A stretch of DNA of 58,483 nt, from the NCBI GenBank assembly GCA_030039195.1, contig JASHQK010000509.1, positions 1 to 58,483 of the forward strand, given 5' to 3'. Positions 19,940 to 28,009 of this stretch are shown here, in pieces; the stretch's first letter is position 1; each line of letters opens with the position of its first letter. Made by a program: the position numbers and the translations under genes. Source of the stretch: Candidatus Sulfotelmatobacter sp. (GTDB lineage: Bacteria > Acidobacteriota > Terriglobia > Terriglobales > Acidobacteriaceae). The notes below the pieces were generated by a model. The model was given only the letters and a program-made list of their open reading frames with translations. It was not told the DNA's origin and made no database searches.

Positions 19940-20413
19940 GGCACGAGCATAAAGCTGGATTCTAAAGGGTACGACCTCGCATTGAAACCATTTCTAGAAC
20001 AAGGCACCTATCCGAAGTAATGCAGGTCAATCCTCGATGAGGCCACAGGGAGACCGATGCTCCTCGACTCCCAGATCGTCGGTCAACTCTTACTTAAACC
20101 AGTTCCGTTTCCGCGGTCCCCCATACGCGCTCTTGTTGTGAGCAGATGGAGCGACACTCCGGACTGTCGGGCACTCGCAGTTATCCCTTCGGGACCAGTC
20201 CCAGTGCTGTACTTATGTCCCGATCACCGTAGTTTTTTGGCATGGGCCACTGCTTCCCGCAAGCGCCGTCTTTTCAGTATCGGTTGGCAATGCTGGAAAG
20301 AAGGATTTTGGCACAACCGCACGGTCAAAGTCCGCAAATTCTGGCACACAGTTGGTACACAAACCGCCGCCGATTATCGAAACGAGCCTTCAGTAACGAG
20401 TTGTACGAAATTT

Positions 20414-21151
20414 TCAATTCTTCGAATAATGAGGCTCGCTATTTCGTGAGGGCGGATCGGCCACAGCGCGGATGTATGAGATCAGCGCCTGGATGTCGGT
20501 TTTGCTGAGGGTGTTTCCCCATGCCGGCATCAGGGCTGACTTATTGAGCGCCGGTCCACCGTAAGTGATGATCGCAGTGAGGTCCGCATCGGTCATTTTA
20601 TTCAGCGTGTCGCCCTCAGTGAATGGATGCGGCTTGACCTCCAGGTTGTCGTAGTTCGACACGCGCTCCACCGTTGATTCGGGATTATGGCAGCGATCAC
20701 AGTACTGATCGTTGAAACGGCGGCCGAGTGTCTGCTGATACCCGAGCGCGATTTCCTGGAGGGTGAGCTCGACTCTTTTATGGGATTTGTCGAAGGTAAA
20801 AGCGGTGAGCTGATAACGGCCTGCCATGCCCCCGAGAGACACGTTCGTAGTGAATTGGCCGCTGGAGTCGGTCAGTCCATACGCAGGATCGAATGTGACT
20901 CCGGGTGCGGCTTCGAGCTCGACCAGTGCCCCCGCGATTCCGTTGTTTTGATCGTCGTTCACTTGCACAACCACAGGCTGCGGCAACAGGCTGCCGGTCT
21001 GCGCCATCTGCTTGCCGCCGCTCGATTCCACGATGGCAGAGCCAAATACCGTAGGCTTGGGCAATGGCGCGGCGGCATTTTTATGCGAGCACGATGTCGC
21101 GAGAGAGGCCGCGATGATCGCGGCGAGCAAGCTCCAGGAGTAACGAGTCAT
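20414..21151 (-). CDS. Lipoprotein: Ig-like domain fused to monohaem class-I cytochrome c
   Basis: Start MTRYSW (ATGA overlap with the octahaem stop at 21148-21151). Lipobox LATSC. YCDRCH haem site and MPAW Met ligand region. Confidence 0.75.
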   Translation of the reverse strand: MTRYSWSLLAAIIAASLATSCSHKNAAAPLPKPTVFGSAIVESSGGKQMAQTGSLLPQPVVVQVNDDQNNGIAGALVELEAAPGVTFDPAYGLTDSSGQFTTNVSLGGMAGRYQLTAFTFDKSHKRVELTLQEIALGYQQTLGRRFNDQYCDRCHNPESTVERVSNYDNLEVKPHPFTEGDTLNKMTDADLTAIITYGGPALNKSALMPAWGNTLSKTDIQALISYIRAVADPPSRNSEPHYSKN

Positions 21152-23190
21152 TTCTTTCGAGCCCCCTGTTTTTCTCCTTTTTGGGAGATCAGGAATGCAG
21201 TGAGCGCGTGAGCGTCTTCCTCGCTCATGGCGCGGTTGGGTTCGATTGTGCCTGGCCTGAGAGCCTGGGGGTTTTTCATCCACGCGTAAATCCACGCCGC
21301 GGTGAGCCGCGAGCCGACATGGGTGAGCGTCGGGCCGATGTAGCCCTTGTCAGCCTTTGTGTCGACGATGTGGCAGCCTTGGCAGGAATATTTTCCATAG
21401 AAGAGCTGCTTGCCGAGTTCGATCTGCCCCTGCGAATAGCCGGTCAGCGGCATCGAGTCACGATCGATTGCGGGACTTTGATAAACGGTCATCATGTAAT
21501 CGGCGAGCTCGCTCGTCTCGGCGTCCGTCAGGTTGAAGCGCGGCATGCGCCGGATCAATGCCGGGCGCAACGTGTTCGGATTTTTCAGGAAATCCACGAG
21601 CCATTGCCGTTGCACCGAACTGCCCTCCCAGGTGAGATCAGGCGCCATGTCGCCGCCGTGGCCGTTGATGCGATGGCAACTGAAGCAGGCGAGATCGGTC
21701 ATGAGCTTGCCCGCTTTGCCGGCAGGCTGGTAATCCGACTCGGGCACAGCTGGAACTGTAAACGATGGCGGCAACGTCTTCGAGCGTTCATTCAACGCGA
21801 GCAGCGCGGTCGTGAGCGCATCAATTTGCGCCGGTGTGAAGGTGTACTGTGGCATCTTCAGTCCCGGCGAAAATGCCCGCGGCTCCTTGATCTTCCCGGC
21901 GATGTAATCCGGAAGCGTGTGCGGCATTCCGGGCAGGAAGAGCAGTTGCGTGATGGGCTTGCTCCCGATGCGGCTTAGTTCGGGAGCAAAGTTTTCCGGC
22001 TTCTTGATGCCCGCAATTTCGTGGCACGACGCGCAACCATAATCCGACACCAGGCGCTTGCCATGCGCGATCTGGTCGGGTGTTCCCTGATCGAGATGGA
22101 CATTGCTCAGGAGGTCGGAGTCACTCTTTGCCTCGAGAAATCCAGCCAGGGTCGCGACCTGAGCGTCGTTGAAGCGATAGTGCGGCATCGCGGTCCCGGG
22201 GTCATATGTGCGCGGATTCTTCAGCCAGCCCTGCAACCACTCTGGTTTCACCTTGCTGCCGATCCGCGTCAGTTCCGGACCCACGTCGCCGCCGACTACA
22301 TTTCCCGCTGCATTCTGCACGGCGTGGCAAGAAGCGCAGAAGGATTCTCCGTAAAGGCTAGGGCCGGCGGTCGGATCGGAGGACACTTTCGTAGAGACTG
22401 TCACCGAATCTCCCGTAACCGGTGTGCTGTTGGCGATTAGAAAGGACGACATGTCGCGAGCATCGCCGTCGCTGAGCTTGAAATTCGGCATCGTTGAGGT
22501 CGCCGCGTAAGCTTGCGGATCTTTCAACCAGGCATAAATCCATTCGCGCGTGGTCTTGTCGGCAATGTGCGAGAGCGACGGCGGATCGTCGGTTGCCTTC
22601 ATCGTCGTACCGTCAGGCAACTTCACGGAGTGGCAGTTCACGCAGCCATAACGGGCGAGCATGGTGCGTCCTTGATTCAGAACCGGAGTGCCCATCAGCG
22701 AATTGCGGTGACATTCCCCGCACGAAGATTCGATGTACTTTGCCGGAAGGATCGGCTGCTCCCACGCCAGGGTGCTGTTGTGCGCTTCGGAGACGGTGGT
22801 CGCGGCGCCCTGTCCACGATGACAAACCGTGCAGCCGAAGTCATCGAGCTTGTGCGGAATCACAGGATGCGGCCGGAACGGCTGCGTGGAAACGTCAGTG
22901 AGGCTGACTTCTTTCAGCGCGACGTGGCAACTGGTGCAGCGGTCGACCACACCCAGATCCGGCAGCCAGATCTGTTGGATTCCACCCTTGAAATGTCGCT
23001 GCAGCGTGTTCGCTTCGCTGCGGTTGCGAATCATCTTCAGATAGCCGTGCTGGTAATGGCGCCACTCGCTGAAATGATTCTTGGCCGGAGCGATGGCCAG
23101 CGAGACGAGGAAGATCAGGCTGACCACGCCAAAAGCGCGAACGCCGTCGCCGAAGAGCGTTTGCCAAAGCAACCCGAAGTTTGCTTTCAT
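21148..23190 (-). CDS. Membrane-anchored octahaem cytochrome c
   Basis: N-terminal TM. Eight CXXCH: CTSCH, CTVCH, CGECH, CVNCH, CASCH, CASCH, CFSCH, CQGCH. Confidence 0.85.
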   Translation of the reverse strand: MKANFGLLWQTLFGDGVRAFGVVSLIFLVSLAIAPAKNHFSEWRHYQHGYLKMIRNRSEANTLQRHFKGGIQQIWLPDLGVVDRCTSCHVALKEVSLTDVSTQPFRPHPVIPHKLDDFGCTVCHRGQGAATTVSEAHNSTLAWEQPILPAKYIESSCGECHRNSLMGTPVLNQGRTMLARYGCVNCHSVKLPDGTTMKATDDPPSLSHIADKTTREWIYAWLKDPQAYAATSTMPNFKLSDGDARDMSSFLIANSTPVTGDSVTVSTKVSSDPTAGPSLYGESFCASCHAVQNAAGNVVGGDVGPELTRIGSKVKPEWLQGWLKNPRTYDPGTAMPHYRFNDAQVATLAGFLEAKSDSDLLSNVHLDQGTPDQIAHGKRLVSDYGCASCHEIAGIKKPENFAPELSRIGSKPITQLLFLPGMPHTLPDYIAGKIKEPRAFSPGLKMPQYTFTPAQIDALTTALLALNERSKTLPPSFTVPAVPESDYQPAGKAGKLMTDLACFSCHRINGHGGDMAPDLTWEGSSVQRQWLVDFLKNPNTLRPALIRRMPRFNLTDAETSELADYMMTVYQSPAIDRDSMPLTGYSQGQIELGKQLFYGKYSCQGCHIVDTKADKGYIGPTLTHVGSRLTAAWIYAWMKNPQALRPGTIEPNRAMSEEDAHALTAFLISQKGEKQGARKK

Positions 23191-23209
23191 GAGCGTCGCA
23201 TCCTCGTCG

Positions 23210-23917
23210 TTATGATCCCTGCCAAGGCCAGATCCAGGACCAGCCCGGCCCGCGGAAGAATGTGCCCACGGCGGTGAGCACGACCAACTCGAATAAGAAC
23301 CATGTCATGATCCAGTAAGAAAGCGGTCTTGTCGCCAGATAGCAGCGAAAGGCTGAAGAAGATCTCGGCGAACTCTGCGATGCGACGAGCATCAGCGCGG
23401 CCATGATGAGCGTCGGAACTAAGGCCACGATCACATGAAACCACCCGAGAAAAATCGAGAGCACGACCGAGACGAGATAGACCACGCGCAATCGCCGCTC
23501 GCGGTCTTTGAGAAAGAACCCATCCGCTTCGATATTGACCTTGAAGTAGGGAATAACGACTAATGCCATCACCACGAGTCCCGGGACTAATACGCCGGCG
23601 ACGACCGGCGGAAAGTAGTGCAGCATCTCCTGCAGGCCGAGAAAATACCAGGGCGCCTTTGCTGGATTGGGCGTATGCGAAGGATCGGCCAGGCCTTCCA
23701 GCGGAGCGTTGAACATAAGTGCGATCCAGACGAGCACTGTTGACAACGTCATGATTGCCACGGCCGCGCGGAACAGCACTTCGGGAAACGTCTGAACTTG
23801 CTCTTCGGTTTCCGCTTTCACCTGCGCCGAAGTGCGTCTGGTAACAAAAACTATGCGGCGCGGAGAGCGCTTTGCGTTGGAGTCGACGGCGGCGACGAAG
23901 TCTTTCGCATCAGCCAT
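23210..23917 (-). CDS. Cytochrome b C-terminal-domain protein (b6f subunit IV-like)
   Basis: [21 protein letters not shown] (PEWY-type motif). Start MADAKD at 23917 preceded by AAGGAGGG; 8-nt overlap with the cyt b stop. Confidence 0.8.
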   Translation of the reverse strand: MADAKDFVAAVDSNAKRSPRRIVFVTRRTSAQVKAETEEQVQTFPEVLFRAAVAIMTLSTVLVWIALMFNAPLEGLADPSHTPNPAKAPWYFLGLQEMLHYFPPVVAGVLVPGLVVMALVVIPYFKVNIEADGFFLKDRERRLRVVYLVSVVLSIFLGWFHVIVALVPTLIMAALMLVASQSSPRSSSAFRCYLATRPLSYWIMTWFLFELVVLTAVGTFFRGPGWSWIWPWQGS

Positions 23918-24764
23918 GGTTAATCGCCCTCCTTGGTCCCAACTGGGGTGCCCCACTTCTCGCTACTTTTGCGGGAAGTGGAAGCACGTCTGATAGTTCG
24001 TGTTCGGTCTGCGCTCGCGCCACAGTCGGTTCGCTGGAATGGGAATACAGACCCCCATCTTTGCGAATGCGCCAGAAATGAATCGCAATGAAAAACATGG
24101 CCGTCAAGGGCAGGATCATGCAGTGCAACACATAGAAGCGCAGCAGCGCGTTTGCATTCACGGCATGGCCGCCCAGCAAAAGAAAGCGAATCTTGTCTCC
24201 CATCAGCGGAACCGCCGAGGCGATGTTCGAGCCGACCGTGATCGCCCAGTAGGCCAGTTGATCCCAGGGCAGCAGGTATCCCGTGTAACTGAGCAGCAGC
24301 GTGACAAGAAGAAGGACGACGCCGATCACCCAATTAAATTCGCGCGGAGTTCGATAAGCTCCGCGGTAAAAAACTTTGAACATGTGGGCGAAGACGAGAA
24401 ATACCATAGCGTGCGCGGACCAACGGTGCAGATTCCGGAGAAACAATCCCGAAGAGACGACGAATTGGAGATCTTTCGTGTCGGCATACGCCTGCGGAAC
24501 GGAGGGATGGTAATAAAGCATGAGCGGAATTCCAGTCGCGACCAGCAACAGGAAAGTGCCGAGAGTCAGGGTGCCGAGATACCAGGTCGCGCTGAAACCG
24601 AGCATGCGCGTGCGCACCTTGGTCGAGAACAGGTGCAGGAACACGTTCTGCTGGATCGCGAGCGAGCGCTTGAGCGTGCTCGATCCGGTGCCGCTGCGGA
24701 AGATCGAGCGCCAGACTCGGGTCTCGCGCAGATCGTCAAAATATTGGTCCACAGTTTTCGCCAT
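23910..24764 (-). CDS. Cytochrome b (b6-like N-terminal four-helix part)
   Basis: [28 protein letters not shown], conserved His pairs. Confidence 0.9.
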   Translation of the reverse strand: MAKTVDQYFDDLRETRVWRSIFRSGTGSSTLKRSLAIQQNVFLHLFSTKVRTRMLGFSATWYLGTLTLGTFLLLVATGIPLMLYYHPSVPQAYADTKDLQFVVSSGLFLRNLHRWSAHAMVFLVFAHMFKVFYRGAYRTPREFNWVIGVVLLLVTLLLSYTGYLLPWDQLAYWAITVGSNIASAVPLMGDKIRFLLLGGHAVNANALLRFYVLHCMILPLTAMFFIAIHFWRIRKDGGLYSHSSEPTVARAQTEHELSDVLPLPAKVARSGAPQLGPRRAINHG

Positions 24765-24765
24765 G

Positions 24766-25272
24766 TCAGATCCTCACGAAGGAATCTCGCGCGAGCGGAG
24801 GCACGTCGGTTGAGCGATCCACGAGTAGATCGCCGTCGTCATTGAGCCAGATGCGTTTCCAGGGAAGCGGCTTGGGCGCGGGGCCTTCAATCTTGTCTCC
24901 CGGCTTGCGTCCGTCTTGCTGGAAAGCGAAAAACTTGCTGCCATGGCATGGGCACGCGATGATGCCTTGCTCAGGCTTCCACGCCGTCAGGCAGCCGAGA
25001 TGCGTGCAGACTGCGCTCAGAGAGAAGAAACCTTCTTGTGAGTGAATGATGTAAATACCCGTTGTGACGTCGAGCGTGACTGAGTCGAGCGGATAGCGAT
25101 CCGGCTTGCCCGCATTGACCACGGGCGACGGCTCGTACAGGACGTTGGGCTCAAGATACTGGTAAGCAAATGCCGCTGTGCCGGCGGCAGCGATGCCCAG
25201 AGAACCGAGTCCGAGTTTTGCGAAGAACTGCCGGCGGCTAACGTCGTCTGTCTTTTTTGTCTCTTCTGCCAT
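24766..25272 (-). CDS. Rieske 2Fe-2S subunit with Tat signal
   Basis: [15 protein letters not shown] twin-arginine motif. CTHLGC...CPCHGSKF cluster ligands. An alternative upstream start at 25317 is possible. Confidence 0.9.
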   Translation of the reverse strand: MAEETKKTDDVSRRQFFAKLGLGSLGIAAAGTAAFAYQYLEPNVLYEPSPVVNAGKPDRYPLDSVTLDVTTGIYIIHSQEGFFSLSAVCTHLGCLTAWKPEQGIIACPCHGSKFFAFQQDGRKPGDKIEGPAPKPLPWKRIWLNDDGDLLVDRSTDVPPLARDSFVRI

Positions 25273-25335
25273 AAAAGCCTTGGGGCCCCACGGTAAATGT
25301 CGCGCGCTTGGCGACATTCAGGGTGGTGATCTGAT

Positions 25336-27303
25336 TTACTTTTGCAATCCCGCGCCGATCGATGCGACCGAGATCAAGCCGGTCGGCTCAGCGGGAAGCA
25401 GGTTGTACGACTCCATCGTGATGGTGCCAACTGGACAACGCATGGCACACAAGCCGCAGCGAATGCAGCGCGTTTCATCCTTTAACATCGCCGATCCTGT
25501 CACGATTCCGAGTTCGTCTGCGGCGACTTCGTCGAGCTCCACGCCGAAGCACTCCTGGTTCTCGCTAATGTGCTTGACGGTTTCCAGATCGAAGGCAATC
25601 CGATCCAGCGAAACGAGCTCAAGACATTTTTCCGGGCAAACATCGACGCAGCCGCCGCAGAGGATGCACATGCTGCCATCTTCCGGAACACCTTCGAAGA
25701 CCGTATTGACCCAGCAGTGCAGGCAGCGCTGTGCCTCGGCTATGGCCGACTTCGCGTCGTAACCGATCTCGACTTCGGTCACGCCGGTGCGGCGCTCCAG
25801 AGGAAGCATCCGAACCGGTTGACGGTTGAGATCGAGGTACCCGAGTGGCATGGCATGCCGTTTGAGTAGCTCGACTTCGATAACCGGCTCCGGATGCTTA
25901 CCGCCGCTCAGATACTCGTCAATTCCGACAGCAGCACGCTTGCCGTCGCCAACGCTGTCGATAATCAAGCGCGGTCCAAACACGCAATCACCGCCGGCGA
26001 AAATTCCGGGGGTGGAAGTCATCAGCGTTTGTGGATTAACGGCGATCAGGCCGCGCGGAGAAAGTTCGACTTTGTCTTCCGGAGTGAAAAAGTCGAGGCG
26101 CGGTGCTTGGCCGATCGCCATGATGATCGTGTCACAGTTGATCTGGCTCTCGCTACCTTCATAAAAAGCGGGATTGAAACGCCGGTTCTGGTCGAAGACC
26201 CACTTCGTCTTGAGAGTCTCGAGAGCGCTGACTTTTCCGTCCTTACCCACGATTCGCTTCGGCCCGAATCCGGGATAAATGATGATGCCCTCTTCTTCTG
26301 CTTCCTCGATTTCTTCGAGTGCGGCGGGCATTTCGTTGCGCCGTTCCAGGCAAACAAGATTCACCTCGCGCGCGCCCATGCGCAACGCGGAGAGCGAGAT
26401 GTCAACCATCTCCTTGGTCGCGACCGCGGAAACGTTCTCAGCCGAGGGCTCGACATCCTGAATTCCGCTCGCGTGCTGGCGAACGACTTCGCGAGCCGCG
26501 GAACGCGCAACGTCCATGGCAACATTGCCGCCGCCGATCACGATGACTTTCTTCCCGATCGTGAACTTGTAGCCGAGATTCACGTTCAGCAGAAAATCGA
26601 TTCCTTTATGCACTCCGTCGAGATCTACGCCAGGAATGCTGAGATCGCGGCTGCGGTGCGCGCCGACCGCGATCAGCACCGCGTCAAAGCCCTGCCGGCG
26701 CAATTCGGAGATGGTGAAGTCGCGGCCTGCAGCATGATTCAGCTTGAGCGTGATATCTCCGGTCTCGAGAATCTCTCGGACTTGCGCTTCCACGACATCT
26801 CTCGGCAAGCGATATTCGGGAATGCCGAGGTACAACATGCCGCCCGCTACGGGAGCGGCTTCAAAGAGCGTGACCGAATAGCCCATCAACGCCAGATCAT
26901 GCGCCGCTGAAAGCCCGACCGGACCCGCTCCCACGACTGCGACCTTATATGGAAGTTTCGCCTGTGAACGCCTTTCCGTGATGCTGATGGGATGCTTCGA
27001 TTCCGGCCCGAATTGCTCGGTCAGGAAGCGCTTGAGGGCGCGAATGGAGATCGGCTTGTCGATCTCTCCACGGCGGCAAGCGGTCTCGCATGGATGCGCA
27101 CACACTCGGCCGCAGATACTCGCCAGCGGATTGGGATCACGCGCCAGGCGATAGGCTTCCTCGAAGCGTCCTTCGGCAATCAGGCCAACATAGCGCCCGG
27201 CGTTGGTGTGCGCCGGGCAGGCCATCATGCAGGGGAAGTTCGTGTGCAACCAATCCGCGTCGACCTTCTTATCTCGAAACCGTTTCAGCATGGCGTCACT
27301 CAA
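25336..27303 (-). CDS. GltD-like (glutamate synthase small-subunit family) NAD(P)H-dependent FAD/FeS oxidoreductase with C-terminal 2x[4Fe-4S] ferredoxin domain
   Basis: N-terminal Cys clusters (CPAHT..., CGRVCAHPCETAC). Rossmann motifs VAVVGAGPVGLSAA and VIVIGGGNVAMD. C-terminal CILCGGCVDVCP and CIRCGLCAMRCP. Confidence 0.85.
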   Translation of the reverse strand: MSDAMLKRFRDKKVDADWLHTNFPCMMACPAHTNAGRYVGLIAEGRFEEAYRLARDPNPLASICGRVCAHPCETACRRGEIDKPISIRALKRFLTEQFGPESKHPISITERRSQAKLPYKVAVVGAGPVGLSAAHDLALMGYSVTLFEAAPVAGGMLYLGIPEYRLPRDVVEAQVREILETGDITLKLNHAAGRDFTISELRRQGFDAVLIAVGAHRSRDLSIPGVDLDGVHKGIDFLLNVNLGYKFTIGKKVIVIGGGNVAMDVARSAAREVVRQHASGIQDVEPSAENVSAVATKEMVDISLSALRMGAREVNLVCLERRNEMPAALEEIEEAEEEGIIIYPGFGPKRIVGKDGKVSALETLKTKWVFDQNRRFNPAFYEGSESQINCDTIIMAIGQAPRLDFFTPEDKVELSPRGLIAVNPQTLMTSTPGIFAGGDCVFGPRLIIDSVGDGKRAAVGIDEYLSGGKHPEPVIEVELLKRHAMPLGYLDLNRQPVRMLPLERRTGVTEVEIGYDAKSAIAEAQRCLHCWVNTVFEGVPEDGSMCILCGGCVDVCPEKCLELVSLDRIAFDLETVKHISENQECFGVELDEVAADELGIVTGSAMLKDETRCIRCGLCAMRCPVGTITMESYNLLPAEPTGLISVASIGAGLQK

Positions 27304-27330
27304 TTTTCAGGCCGAACAATAGCGACTCCG

Positions 27331-27372
27331 CTAGAAAGCAAAGAAGACGCGGGAGCGACTGCACGCTCCCGC
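27331..27372 (-). terminator. Intra-operon hairpin + U-rich tract after the cupredoxin gene (putative partial terminator/attenuator)
   Basis: Perfect 9-bp stem GCGGGAGCG-N6-CGCTCCCGC (27349-27372), followed on the minus strand by GTCTTCTTTGCTTTCT. Confidence 0.4.
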
Positions 27373-27380
27373 GCCGCGGA

Positions 27381-27983
27381 CTACTTCTTCAGAGTGAAAT
27401 CCGCTTTCGTGCTGCCCGAAACGGTTACCGGCTGCGATTGGTCTTTCGCACCTTCGTGCCATACGGTAACTGTGTAACTTCCGTCGGGGACATCTTTGAT
27501 CGTGTAATTGCCGCTATCGTCGGTCTCGGCAAAGTAGGGGGTGGGACTGACGATGATGTATCCCGACATATCAGGGTGCACATTGCAGAAAAGTGGCACG
27601 ACTCCGGCCTTGTCGAACGTGTAGGGACGCTTCTCGCCTTTCGGCCAGGTTCCGAGATTGTGGCCAGCTTTCTTGTCGTTACCGATCGCAGTCCAAAAGA
27701 CGTTGTGCTGCACATTGTCGCTGTTCAGGAACTCAACGGTCGTCCCTTGCTGCACCGCCATAATGTGCGGCACGAACAGCAGTCCCTTTTGATCCATTAC
27801 TGGGTGGTCCTTCGGAGCGGGGAAAGTCTTGCCGGCAATCGCATCTACATAGACGACCGACTTTCCCTTCATACCAGTAACCTTGCCCTCGATGTCTCCT
27901 GCCGATGCCGCGATGCATAATGCACTGATCATCAACATCACAACGCACGCATTTCGTCTCATTTGCCTTGTTCTCCTTTGCAT
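27381..27983 (-). CDS. Secreted amicyanin-like cupredoxin with CarboxypepD_reg-like domain (paralog of 14363-15100)
   Basis: Signal peptide; His in VQHNVFW plus FCNVHPDM (C-x2-H-x2-M); C-terminal DSGNYTIKDVPDGSYTVTVWHE. Confidence 0.7.
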   Translation of the reverse strand: MQRRTRQMRRNACVVMLMISALCIAASAGDIEGKVTGMKGKSVVYVDAIAGKTFPAPKDHPVMDQKGLLFVPHIMAVQQGTTVEFLNSDNVQHNVFWTAIGNDKKAGHNLGTWPKGEKRPYTFDKAGVVPLFCNVHPDMSGYIIVSPTPYFAETDDSGNYTIKDVPDGSYTVTVWHEGAKDQSQPVTVSGSTKADFTLKK

Positions 27984-28009
27984 TTCCGAATCATTCGTCT
28001 GGAGTCGCG

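Noticed and set aside
20057-20449. 130-aa plus-strand ORF between the GH3 gene and the monohaem cytochrome gene
   Set aside because: It has odd composition (W/C/R-rich), no SD and no family signal. The region more likely holds the GH3 promoter and the terminator of the bc operon.
25894-26910. 338-aa plus-strand ORF inside the GltD-like gene. Similar long antisense ORFs occur at 2029-2700, 3152-3850, 4750-5583, 13678-14376, 16407-17297, 21181-21978, 22513-23277, 24000-24845, 33135-34226, 54551-55264 and 55295-56188.
   Set aside because: All lie opposite genes with clear family signatures. All are Arg/Gly/His/Pro-rich and none shows a recognisable motif. I treated them as GC-driven shadow ORFs.
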